From Myxococcales bacterium (GTDB lineage: Bacteria; Myxococcota_A; UBA9042): DNA of 64,000 nt. Shown here in pieces: positions 53,981 to 63,378 of the stretch (position 1 is the first letter of the stretch; each line of letters begins with the position of its first letter). Below the pieces are notes generated by a model. It searched no databases. It was not told the DNA's origin and saw only the letters and a list, made by a program, of their open reading frames with translations. The position numbers were made by a program, and so were the translations under genes. The stretch spans positions 32,001 to 96,000 of the forward strand of contig JBBISH010000002.1 of NCBI GenBank assembly GCA_037441385.1, read 5' to 3'.

Positions 53981-56089
53981 TCAATCGCGCGGGCGGATTT
54001 GCTCAAAGTATCGGCGAACCAGCGCTTTGCGCCCAGCCGGCAGGCCTTCTTTGTCCACCATTTCTTCCGCGACCTTGCTGTAGTCGACGTAGACGTCGCG
54101 CCAACCCCGACGCGAGAAGCCCTTTTTCGCCGCCTCCAGGAACGTCTTTTTCACGTCCGGCCCGTCGCCGTGCTGGCCTTTGACCTTTTCGGTCCGCGCC
54201 GCCTGGATGCCGGGATCCTTGCCGCTGTCGCGTTGGTCGCCCTTGCCCGTGCCGGCCTGGCTGCCGCCCTTGCTGTCCTTGGAGCCGCCCTGGCGCTGCT
54301 CGTAGCCGTCGTTGATCAGGTCGGTACGCGACTTGCCGCCCAGGCCGCGCTGGCCCAGTTGGAAGCCCCGCTTGCCGCCGTTGCCCTGGCCCTGGGCGTC
54401 TTGGCCGCTCTGCCCGTTTTGCCCGGGCCGGCTGCCGCTACCCGCTTTGGCCTTGCCGGCCTGCCCAGGCTCACCGCTACCGGCCTTGCCCAGACGCCCT
54501 TGACCCTCTTTGGGATCGCCCTCTTCGCCGTCCTCCTCAGCCTCTTCGCCCTGCTCGCCGCGCTGGCCACGGCCGGCTTGCTTGTCGCCGTCGCCGCCGC
54601 GCGACAGGCCCTCGCGCACGTCGCGCAGCCGCTCTTTGCCCATCCGCTGGGCTTGCCGCGCCTTTTGCTCTTCGTCTTGCCGCCGCAGTTCGCCGGCCGC
54701 CTGGCGCATGGCCTCGCGCATGGACTTCTGCGCTTTCTTGTCGCCGTCCTTTCCTCCCGCCTGCTTGTCGCCTTGGGCGCCGTCTTTGCCGCCCTGCGGT
54801 TTGCCCTGCTCGCCATTTTTGCCCAGGCGGCTCTGCCCCTCTTGCTGCCGCCGCAGTTCATCCGCCGCCATCCGCGCTTGCCGCTCGAGCCGCTGCACTT
54901 GATGTTGCGCCCCCTCCACGTCGCCCACTTCTTTGCGCAGCTGCTCCAACTCGTGGCGCGCCTCTTGCAGCCGGCGCTGCTGCTCTGGATTCAAACCGCC
55001 CTGCTCGGCGCGCTGCTGCTCCAGGCGCGAGACCTTCTTGGCCAATTCCTTCAACTTCTCGGGCACCTTGGTGTTCTTCAACGCGTCGGCGAACTTCTCT
55101 AGCGTCTTGCGCCACTTCTCGACGTCTTTGTCCGTCAGCTCCTTTTCAGCAAGCTTCTCCAGCACTTTGGCCATCAGACCCAGGTCACCTTGCTCGGCCG
55201 CTTTCTTCAGCTCTTCTTTGACCTCGCCGTCTGGCGCCTGGTCCAAGGCCTTTTGCGCCGCATCCGCAACGGCCTGACGGGCGGCCGCATCGCGCTCGCG
55301 CTGCGCTTCGTCAGCCTCTTCGCCATTCTTGTCGCTGCCTTGCCCGGCAGCCGCGTCGTCGTTTTGCGGTCGGGAGGCCTCCAGGGCCGCAAGCTGCTCC
55401 AACGCCTGCCGTTTGTCGATGCGCCCCTCTTGCACGGCCTCGACCACCTGGCGCAGATCGGCCAGCCACTTGCGGGTGGCCGGGTCGTCGACTTGGGCTT
55501 CCAGCTCGCGGAGCAGTCGCACGTCGGCGGTCAGCAGTTGGGCGGCATCGCGGCCAAGGGCGTCGCGCGCACTGGCAAAGCCTGCGTGCCTGCTGGGCAT
55601 TTCCGGGCTCACCGCCGCCGCATCCCCGCTCGGCGCCCCCTCGGGCAAGGGGACGCCAACGCTGCTCACCAGCAGCGCTAGGGCCGCCACATTGGCGAGC
55701 ACGGGAACCCGCGGCCACGGCAACAACTTGGCCACCGCTAGCCCGCCGGCCACCTGGGCCGCGCGCTGCACTTGAACCTCGACCCAGCCGTCGCGCCGCG
55801 TCTGCGCCTGCAGCCAGAGCGCCGTGGCCAGCGCGTCGTAAGTACCTGCCAACCTGTCCAAGAGTTGCGCGACCTGCTGGGGCGTGCGCCGCTGCCACAC
55901 GGCCCAACCCAACTGCGCGGCTGCGCACGTCGCCAGACCTAGAATCGCCGCGTTGTCCCAGGCTTGCGGCCACAGGGCCAGCCGAACGGCCAGCAGCCAG
56001 ACCGCCACGGTCGTCAGCCAAATCGGCGTGCTGCGGGCCAACCGCTGCACAAAGGTCTGCCACCAAAGCCGGCGCTGGGCCTGACCCAC
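53981..56089 (-). CDS. Membrane-anchored coiled-coil protein with Gly/Gln-rich tail (DUF4175-like)
   Basis: N-terminal TMs, long E/K/Q helical region, low-complexity tail ending ALVRRYFEQI. Confidence 0.8.
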   Translation of the reverse strand: MGQAQRRLWWQTFVQRLARSTPIWLTTVAVWLLAVRLALWPQAWDNAAILGLATCAAAQLGWAVWQRRTPQQVAQLLDRLAGTYDALATALWLQAQTRRDGWVEVQVQRAAQVAGGLAVAKLLPWPRVPVLANVAALALLVSSVGVPLPEGAPSGDAAAVSPEMPSRHAGFASARDALGRDAAQLLTADVRLLRELEAQVDDPATRKWLADLRQVVEAVQEGRIDKRQALEQLAALEASRPQNDDAAAGQGSDKNGEEADEAQRERDAAARQAVADAAQKALDQAPDGEVKEELKKAAEQGDLGLMAKVLEKLAEKELTDKDVEKWRKTLEKFADALKNTKVPEKLKELAKKVSRLEQQRAEQGGLNPEQQRRLQEARHELEQLRKEVGDVEGAQHQVQRLERQARMAADELRRQQEGQSRLGKNGEQGKPQGGKDGAQGDKQAGGKDGDKKAQKSMREAMRQAAGELRRQDEEQKARQAQRMGKERLRDVREGLSRGGDGDKQAGRGQRGEQGEEAEEDGEEGDPKEGQGRLGKAGSGEPGQAGKAKAGSGSRPGQNGQSGQDAQGQGNGGKRGFQLGQRGLGGKSRTDLINDGYEQRQGGSKDSKGGSQAGTGKGDQRDSGKDPGIQAARTEKVKGQHGDGPDVKKTFLEAAKKGFSRRGWRDVYVDYSKVAEEMVDKEGLPAGRKALVRRYFEQIRPRD

Positions 56090-56263
56090 GGCGCGGCGGA
56101 CAACGGCAAGCGGCTGAGCGATGGCGGGGTGGGCGTGCGTGGCGTCAGGCTCCTTGTCTGGCCAGTGTCCAGTGCGTTGGCTGCGCGATCAAGCCTTCAA
56201 CGCAGCAGCGCGGCCGGGTGTTCCCGCGGCCTGCGACTTGGACGCACCAGTTGCGGTAGAGAT

Positions 56264-59248
56264 TCAGCGCCGGGCGTGGCGTTTGCCCGACTTGGCCGCC
56301 GGGGCCGGCGCATGGACACGGGACTTGGCAACTTTGGCCTGGACGGGTGCGGACTTGGCGGCAGCCGCATGAACCTTGAGAGGCGTGGCCGCCCGCTTGC
56401 TGCCCTTGCTCTGGGGCGCAGGGCGCAAAACCGCGCTGACCAAATGCGCTTTTTCGCCGCGCTTGGCCGCCGAGCCTTTCGCGCTCCCTTTGCCGGCCAC
56501 AGGGGCGCGGTCGGCCAGCACCTTGGCCAACTGCTCGGCCCGGTGCCGCTGCTGGCGACTCTCTGGCTTGCTGGCGGCCACCGCCTCGATGGCTTCGGCC
56601 TCGACCGGCGCGGCGCGCTGGGCGGCCTTGGCCACGCCCGAGTTGGCACCGCTCCCGCCACTCTGACCGGACTTGGGCTCGGTGGCGGGCTCGTCGCCAG
56701 TGGGCACAGCTTTCTGAGTTAAACCAAGGGCATAGAGTGGTTCGCCGTGGTACAACGCCCGGTAGGTGGCGATGCTGGAGGTGACGCGCTTGGCGTAGTC
56801 GCGCGTCTCGCGGAAGGGGATGGTCTCGACGAACAGGTCCATCGGCCAGTCGCCGCGCTGCTTGCGCCATCGGCCCACGGCGCCGCCGCCAGCGTTGTAG
56901 CCGGCCGCCATTTGTTGCTCGCGCTCAAAGCGGTCGAGCAGGCGCTTCAAGTACTTGGCCCCCAAGCGAATGTTGACGGCGGGCTGGCGCAAGGTGGCCT
57001 CGTTGGCGTCGACACCCAGCCCCTTGGCCATCTCTTTGGCGGTGGGCAGGATCAGCTGCAGCAGGCCAATGGCGTGGGCCGACGACTCGACCTTGGGGTT
57101 GAAGCCCGACTCGCTGCGGCAGATCGAGTAGAGGATCGACGGGTGCAGGTCGAATTCCTTGGCGGCCGCCTGCATCAAGTCCGAATAGGCCCGCGGATAG
57201 GCCACTTCCCAGGCCTGCCGGTTGCCTTCGCCGGGGTAGGCGGTGGCATAAGCGCGCAGCACGTCGCGGCCGATGGCATGGCTGCTCACCCAGCGACCAG
57301 CCTCGGCATCTAGGGCCGCGCGGGTCCAAACCTTGCCCGGATCGCCAGACTGCCACTTCAGGTTGGCCGAGGTATCGCGCCCAAGCCCCGCCGCGTCCAG
57401 CTCTTCGCCGGCCTCGTCGTGCCAGCCCAGCTGCCCCAACAGACGGGCGCGCTGCACCCCGGCGTCGGCCAGCACGGCGTCGCTGACTTGCGGCCCGGCA
57501 GTGATGGTCCGATCGTCGATCACATCGGCCGGCGCCAGCTTGGCGTGCGCCTGGAGCTGCGCCATCGCCATAGAGGCGTAGTAGCTTAGAGGATGCCTGG
57601 TTACGACCCGCTTCCAGCGTTGTTGCGCCGCTTCGGACTTGCCTAGCTCTTGCAGCGCCCGCCCGGCAAAGTAGTCGGCACGGCCGCGGCCCCAATCGCG
57701 GTCGTCGTAGCGCACGTTCTCGCCGGCCTCGCCCTTGGGCACGGCATCGCGGTCGCGCACTTCAGCCAGGCGATCGAGCACCGGCAGGGCGTCTTTCCAC
57801 TTGTTGTCGATCATGCGCTGGAGAGCCACCCGCCACAGCGCCACGTCGACCATGTCGCGTTCGGCGTAATCCTGAGCAGCCACAGGGCCTTGCTTCTCCA
57901 AGATCGCCAATGCGTCCGCGCTGCCAAGCACCGCCAGCAGGGACTTGGCCTCTTCGCCGTCCAAGCCCGAAAGCCCTTGATCGATCGCCTGTTGCAGCGG
58001 CTTCTTGGCCTCTGCCTTGCCCTGCAGCGCTAGCGCCCGGCCCGTGCGGTACGCGACATCGCCCTTGCCCAGCGGGGCCTCGTCGACGATCAACGCGCCC
58101 ACCTCGGCGTCGCCGCCGCAGCCGTCCAGTTTCTCTAGCAGAGCCAACGACTTGTCAAACTCAGCCCGCCGATCGCGGCACTTGGCCGCCCAACTGGTGG
58201 CGTGGCAGCGAACCGCTTTGCTGACATTGGGTTGGGCCGCCAGGGCCTCTAGCGCCGGCATCGCCCGGGCATAGCGCCGCCGTTGCGCCGAATACACCAA
58301 GGCGTCCAGCACCGCCGCGCCGTCCTGGGGCCGATTCTTCAGACGGTTTTGCCAGGTCGTATCGCTACTTCCCAGCAGCAGGTCCACCAGCTCTTCGGCC
58401 GCAGCCGACTTGCCGGCCTTGGCCAAACCCTGCCGCAGCAGGTCCATGGCTTTGTCGTCGTCGCCGGCCGCCAGCGCGGCGCGCACCCGCTCGACCAGCA
58501 AGCGCTTGCCCAAACCGGTGCCGATCGGCGCGTCGATCGAGGCCAGAAGCCGGGCGGCTCCCTCGCGATCTCCGTTGCGGCGCAGGGCCTTGGCCTTGTA
58601 CAGCAGCAGGCCCGGCTCGGCGCGATCGCCCACCAGCGTGAGCGCGACCGACGACAGCCCGGCCTCGTCCGCACGGGCGACGATCCACCGCAACACCGCA
58701 ATCCCCAAGGCTGGGTGCGCCGACGCCTGCCGCGCCATCTGCAGGGCGCCCGCGCGGTCGCCGCTGAGCCAGCGTAGTTGGGTCAAAAGCATCGCCAGCC
58801 GCTGCCGCTCTTCGCTGCGCTTGCTGGCGTCCAGCTTTTTCCATGCCTCTTCGGCAAGTTTCAGCGCTTCGGGCAGCTTGCCTTGCTGCCAGGTCTTCCA
58901 GGCCGCCAGCGGCTGTGCGGTAGCGAAGGGCTCGGGAAGAGCACCCAGCGGCTGACCCAGCGAAAGTTCGGCCGGTTTTTCGGGCGGCTGCCCCTCCAGC
59001 GTCCACTCGCTGGGCAGGTCGGCCTGGACCGCGATACCCAAGGCCCCGGCCCATTGCTTCAGCAACGGCGGCGGTGTGGGCCCGCGACCGCTGCTGAGCC
59101 ACAACGCGGTGGCGGCGAACACGGCAATCAGAATGGCAAAAACGACCGCGCCCCAACGCCAGCCCCCCGAACGGGGAGCCGCGCCAGGGGCGGGCGAAGT
59201 ATCCGACGACTTGGACGCCGCGTGCTTTGGCGGGCGGCGTGAGGTCAG
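56264..59248 (-). CDS. Soluble lytic transglycosylase (Slt-type) with helical-repeat region; start uncertain
   Basis: CRSESGF (catalytic Glu), AIGLLQL, AGYNAG, ETIPFRETRDYAKRV; N-terminal TM anchor. Confidence 0.88.
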   Translation of the reverse strand: MTSRRPPKHAASKSSDTSPAPGAAPRSGGWRWGAVVFAILIAVFAATALWLSSGRGPTPPPLLKQWAGALGIAVQADLPSEWTLEGQPPEKPAELSLGQPLGALPEPFATAQPLAAWKTWQQGKLPEALKLAEEAWKKLDASKRSEERQRLAMLLTQLRWLSGDRAGALQMARQASAHPALGIAVLRWIVARADEAGLSSVALTLVGDRAEPGLLLYKAKALRRNGDREGAARLLASIDAPIGTGLGKRLLVERVRAALAAGDDDKAMDLLRQGLAKAGKSAAAEELVDLLLGSSDTTWQNRLKNRPQDGAAVLDALVYSAQRRRYARAMPALEALAAQPNVSKAVRCHATSWAAKCRDRRAEFDKSLALLEKLDGCGGDAEVGALIVDEAPLGKGDVAYRTGRALALQGKAEAKKPLQQAIDQGLSGLDGEEAKSLLAVLGSADALAILEKQGPVAAQDYAERDMVDVALWRVALQRMIDNKWKDALPVLDRLAEVRDRDAVPKGEAGENVRYDDRDWGRGRADYFAGRALQELGKSEAAQQRWKRVVTRHPLSYYASMAMAQLQAHAKLAPADVIDDRTITAGPQVSDAVLADAGVQRARLLGQLGWHDEAGEELDAAGLGRDTSANLKWQSGDPGKVWTRAALDAEAGRWVSSHAIGRDVLRAYATAYPGEGNRQAWEVAYPRAYSDLMQAAAKEFDLHPSILYSICRSESGFNPKVESSAHAIGLLQLILPTAKEMAKGLGVDANEATLRQPAVNIRLGAKYLKRLLDRFEREQQMAAGYNAGGGAVGRWRKQRGDWPMDLFVETIPFRETRDYAKRVTSSIATYRALYHGEPLYALGLTQKAVPTGDEPATEPKSGQSGGSGANSGVAKAAQRAAPVEAEAIEAVAASKPESRQQRHRAEQLAKVLADRAPVAGKGSAKGSAAKRGEKAHLVSAVLRPAPQSKGSKRAATPLKVHAAAAKSAPVQAKVAKSRVHAPAPAAKSGKRHARR

Positions 59249-59339
59249 CTTGCCAAAGAAAAGTGCTGCAGCAAGCGGATCGGGGGTGCCTGCGTTCCCG
59301 GCCGCAAAACCAGCGGCGGGGGGCCAGGCCAGGTCCGAA

Positions 59340-59501
59340 CTAGCGGATGGTGGGCAGGCTGAAGTGCTCGCCCAAAGCCGCGGCCAGCTTCTTTTCGGAC
59401 TGGATGCGGTGGGCCTTGGCCTGCTCGCGCTTGCGCTGCTGCCCCATGGCAGTCTTCTTGGCCTTGCGGATGCGCTTGACGACTCGGGTCGGGGAAGCCA
59501 T
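59340..59501 (-). CDS. Small basic protein (53 aa), unknown function
   Basis: MASPTRVVKRIRKAKKTAMGQQRKREQAKAHRIQSEKKLAAALGEHFSLPTIR; strongly GC3-biased codons, all Lys are AAG. Confidence 0.75.
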   Translation of the reverse strand: MASPTRVVKRIRKAKKTAMGQQRKREQAKAHRIQSEKKLAAALGEHFSLPTIR

Positions 59502-59867
59502 GGTGAACTCACTAGGTAAGGCGCGATGTCGGTTGCCGTTTCGTGGGCAAAGCTTGCAAAGCGCGTCTGCAGTGGACCGCAAGCCGTTGCCGTGCTGGCG
59601 GGCCGTTTGGTCGAATCGATATTCAGGTCGAGGTGCCGGCCAGGGCCAATTCGCTGAGAATTGACCGCGACGGGGGCAGTACGATGCCAGAACGACCACA
59701 GGACGTCAAGGTGTTTCTGGATGGAGAGGGGGAGACGTTCGCGCAACAGGGCAGCGAAATCAGGGGCCATCGGAGCTAGCGACAAGCTGTTCGAGGCGTG
59801 CACTGGCCCCCCGTCTCGCCCGGCTGCCCGCGACCCCAGGTAGGGCCGGAGGGCAGCCGCGGCTCGT

Positions 59868-60158
59868 TCAAATCCGCTTCATCCGCGCGATGATCGAAGC
59901 GCGCCGGCCATCGTCGACCCGCTGGTTCTGCAGCATCGCCAACGCCCGCTGTTCCATTTCGGCCAACTGCGCCGCCACTTCGGGTTGCTCAGCGCCGCGA
60001 AAGGACAACACCGCGTCGTCCGGGGCGGCCACGCCATAGCGCATGCGCAAGACGTTTTCTTCCTCGGCGCTCAGGTTCGCCTGCCGCAGGGCCCGGTCGA
60101 ACTCCGCGCGGGTACGCACCAGCGTCTCGGTTTTGGTTCTGATCACAATGCACTCCAC
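59868..60158 (-). CDS. Small protein resembling a stand-alone sigma70 region 4
   Basis: LSAEEENVLRMRYG...LAEMEQRALAML; GTG start inferred. Confidence 0.7.
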   Translation of the reverse strand: MECIVIRTKTETLVRTRAEFDRALRQANLSAEEENVLRMRYGVAAPDDAVLSFRGAEQPEVAAQLAEMEQRALAMLQNQRVDDGRRASIIARMKRI

Positions 60159-60349
60159 ATGCTGGCCCAGCGCCAGACTGGTGGGCACCGCGCAGCGATC
60201 GCCGCCGCTCGGGCCACCACTCCAAGGTACTTCGGCCCAGCGGTTTCGCAAATTTTTTGTGCAATTTGTGCGATCTAGACCGTTGGCCGGTGGTTATTTC
60301 CGCCTTCTCTCGGCGCCATGCCCACCTAGCGATCGCGGTTGACCGTGCG

Positions 60350-61642
60350 CTACCGCGCCTCGCCCGGCTCGCCCAGGGCCCGCAGCAACAATTGTTCCAA
60401 GCTGGCCTGCGGCAGACCGGCCAATTTCGCCGCCGCCGCCGCGTTGCCCCCGGCGCGCTGCAGCAAGCTCTGGCAGTAGGCCCGGTCGAACTGGGCCAAG
60501 ACCCGTGTCCGCGCCTGACTATAAGCAATCTCAGGCACATCCGGGGGCCGCTCGCCGCTCGCTTCGTCCGCGGGCGTGCGCACCGCCAATTCCGCCGGCC
60601 GCGCGCTGGCCATTTGCGCCGCGCGTTCCAGGTGCCGCCGCAGCTCGCGCACGTTGCCGGGCCATGGGTGCGCCAGCAACGCCGCCATGGTGTGGTGCGA
60701 GATGATCAGGGGGCGCGCGTCGCCTAGAGCTGCCTGGATTTCGTGCAGCAAGACGTCGACCAGCAGCGCAATGTCGTCGGGGCGGTGACGCAGCGGAGGC
60801 AGGGTAACCCGGCGCAAGCGCAGCAGAATCTGGGCCTGCTTGTGCAGCCGACCTTCGCGCGCGGACTGGTCCAGGGGCACGGCCAGCGTCACGAGCAGGC
60901 GGGGCGGCTGCGGCCCGGAACCCTGCACCAGGTCGAGCAATTGCGGCTGGTGGGGCGCCGGCAGCTCGTCGAACTCCAGCAGCAGCAGACTGCCTCCAAC
61001 CGCCTCGGCGATGGCCTTGCGGGCGGCAGACGTCAGATTGCTGGGGTCCAGGGTGCTGCAGTCCAGCTGGACCAACGGACCGGCGGCGAAGTCGGATCGT
61101 GCGTGGACCGCGCGGGCCGCGGCGCGCTTGCCGGTTCCGGGTTCACCTTCAATCACAACGGGTTCGCGACCCGCACACAGATCGGCCAGCCGGGCAAAGG
61201 CCTCGCGCATCTCAACACTTTGGCCCTGCAGCGAGCCAAACTCGCTCTCGCGCGAAAGGCCGATTTCGTGCAAGGCGGCTTGTTGCTCGTACTGCAGTTC
61301 GGTCTGGCCCAAACGCAGCGTCGCCGACGCACCCGCCGTGATCTCGCCCAAGCGCGACCCAGCAAACCACGTGCCATTCTTGCTGTTCAGGTCGATGACG
61401 CGGTAGCCCGAGCGGTCGCCGACGATGCGCAAGTGGTGGCGCGACACGGACGGATCCGTCAGCACCAGATCGCAGTCAGGGCCGCTGCCAATCACGATCG
61501 CGCGCCGCGCAAAAGTGGCCTCTAGCCCGGCATCGGGGCCGCTGACGACCCGCAGCCGGAACGTCGGCAGGGTGTAGCGCTCCGCGTAGGTCGCAGCGCT
61601 CAGGCTAAGGCCGCTCAGGGTCAGGGTGTTGAGCTCGGTCAT
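60350..61642 (-). CDS. FHA domain plus degenerate sigma54-interaction AAA+ domain plus Fis-type HTH
   Basis: DPSVSRHH/DLNSKNGT FHA; GEPGTGK; LPPLRHRPDDI; WPGNVREL; GGNAAAAAKLAGL. Confidence 0.88.
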   Translation of the reverse strand: MTELNTLTLSGLSLSAATYAERYTLPTFRLRVVSGPDAGLEATFARRAIVIGSGPDCDLVLTDPSVSRHHLRIVGDRSGYRVIDLNSKNGTWFAGSRLGEITAGASATLRLGQTELQYEQQAALHEIGLSRESEFGSLQGQSVEMREAFARLADLCAGREPVVIEGEPGTGKRAAARAVHARSDFAAGPLVQLDCSTLDPSNLTSAARKAIAEAVGGSLLLLEFDELPAPHQPQLLDLVQGSGPQPPRLLVTLAVPLDQSAREGRLHKQAQILLRLRRVTLPPLRHRPDDIALLVDVLLHEIQAALGDARPLIISHHTMAALLAHPWPGNVRELRRHLERAAQMASARPAELAVRTPADEASGERPPDVPEIAYSQARTRVLAQFDRAYCQSLLQRAGGNAAAAAKLAGLPQASLEQLLLRALGEPGEAR

Positions 61643-63342
61643 GGTTCGCCGGTCGCCGGGCAACCTTCGCCCAGGCACGCACCCAGCACGGTGCGCTCTT
61701 CGCCGTCTTTCAAACCGGTGACGCGGATGACCCGCCGGGCCCCGCTGCCAGGATCGACCACCGTGACCACGTGATCGCCAGGGGTGACGCGGACTTCGTA
61801 GCGGTCGCCCCCTGCCAGGGGCCGGCGCAGTTCACCGTCGACATGCACCGTACACGCCACCGGAAGCACCCGCATCCGGATGAGTGCCGTTCGCTCTGCT
61901 GGCTTTTCTTTGCCCTTGGGCGCCTTGGCCAAAGGTGCTTCGGGTTCAACCGCGGCCGTGGCCGGCGCCGGGGGCTCCGTGGCATCCGGTGCGATGGCCG
62001 CCAGCGCGGCAGTTGGCGTTGGCGCGCGAGCCGGCGCGGCTGCGGGGTCGACTTGCGCACCCGCGGCAACGGCCAAGGCTTGGGCCGGCGGCGCTTCGAC
62101 GACCGCCACGGGCTGGGAAAGGCCCGTCGCATCAGCAGACGGCACGGTCCGATTGCGCTGACCCATCCAAAATCCAATGGCAATCGCCGCAGAGAGGACC
62201 GCGACCCCTAGCGACACCCAGCGCTTGCGCCAACGCCGCTTGGGGCCCGTCCCCTCGTCGCGCGCGCTGGCCGCCGCCACCGCCACCACGTCCAGGCCGG
62301 GCAAGCTGAGCGTGCCGGTTCGGTCCGACGGGAGTTCGCCCTCAGCCAGCCCCAAAATTCCGGCCAGGGTGGCGTCAAAGCTGCCCCGCTGCGCCTCGAT
62401 GTGGTCAAAGGCCGCCGCCAGCTCGCTGGCCAACAGCCGAGCCGGCGAGCCAACTTGTTGAGCCACCAGCAACTGTTCCCCGGCCGAAGCGACATCGCCC
62501 GCGTCTTGGAAACGCTGTTCGGGATCCAGCCGGGTCAGGCGTTCGATCAGCGCGCGCACGGGCTCGGATACCCCGCGCGCCGCCAGGCTGGCCATCCGCT
62601 CGGGCAGCTTGCGATGGGCGACGTCGATGTCCTTGGGCTCGCTGACGTCCATGGCGCGCTCGCCGGTCAGCAGCTCAAAGGCAAGCAGCCCAAGGGCAAA
62701 CAGGTCGGCGCGGCCGTCGACGGGGCGCTGGCCGGCGGTCTCGGGGCTCAGATACGGCAGTTTGCCGCGAAGGGCGCCCGGCGACAGCTTGCCCAACACG
62801 GCAGCGCGGGCCACACCAAAATCGATGAGCTTGACGTGCCCGTCGCGGCGCACCATCACATTCGATGGCGACACGTCGTGATGCACCACCCGCAGCTCGC
62901 GCCCATCGGGGCCCTTGCGGTGCTGGGCGTGCTCCAGGGCGCGGGCCACAGCGACCACCACATGCAACATCGCGCCTTCGCTCAGGTTCAGCCGGCCGTC
63001 GCGCGTCGGCAGGGCCCGCAGCAGCGCCCGCAAGTCGGCGCCGTCCACGTGCTCCATCGCCAGCCAAAAGGCCTCGCCGTCCTGGCCGATGTCCAGAATC
63101 TGAGCAATGTTGGGGTGATCCAGGGCCTCGAGCAGCCGCCCCTCGGCAATCAGCTGGGCCACCAACTGGGTGTCGCTAGCCAGTTCCGGCCGCAGCACCT
63201 TGACCACCACGCGCTTGGCAAAGCCAGCCGCACCGCCGGCCTCGGCCAGGTACACCTCGCCCATGCCGCCGCTGGCCAGCCGTCGCACCAGGCGATAGCG
63301 TCCAAGCTCCAACGGCGCTGGCGGAAGAGGGGGCACGGCCAC
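61639..63342 (-). CDS. Membrane Ser/Thr protein kinase (Hanks type)
   Basis: SGGMGEVYLA, VVVK, HHDVSPSN, DFG, YLSPE; one TM and a PEGA-like C-terminus. Confidence 0.93.
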   Translation of the reverse strand: MAVPPLPPAPLELGRYRLVRRLASGGMGEVYLAEAGGAAGFAKRVVVKVLRPELASDTQLVAQLIAEGRLLEALDHPNIAQILDIGQDGEAFWLAMEHVDGADLRALLRALPTRDGRLNLSEGAMLHVVVAVARALEHAQHRKGPDGRELRVVHHDVSPSNVMVRRDGHVKLIDFGVARAAVLGKLSPGALRGKLPYLSPETAGQRPVDGRADLFALGLLAFELLTGERAMDVSEPKDIDVAHRKLPERMASLAARGVSEPVRALIERLTRLDPEQRFQDAGDVASAGEQLLVAQQVGSPARLLASELAAAFDHIEAQRGSFDATLAGILGLAEGELPSDRTGTLSLPGLDVVAVAAASARDEGTGPKRRWRKRWVSLGVAVLSAAIAIGFWMGQRNRTVPSADATGLSQPVAVVEAPPAQALAVAAGAQVDPAAAPARAPTPTAALAAIAPDATEPPAPATAAVEPEAPLAKAPKGKEKPAERTALIRMRVLPVACTVHVDGELRRPLAGGDRYEVRVTPGDHVVTVVDPGSGARRVIRVTGLKDGEERTVLGACLGEGCPATGEP

Positions 63343-63378
63343 AGCGACACTCGCGGGCCCATTGGCCCAAATTCGCAG

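Noticed and set aside
59676..59689. Sigma54-like TGGCATCGTACTGC on the minus strand
   Set aside because: GG-to-GC spacing is 9 rather than the required 10
59249..59803. 185-aa N-terminal extension of the lytic transglycosylase in the ORF track
   Set aside because: Low-complexity Pro/Ser/Arg translation that overlaps a better small gene (59340-59501) in another frame
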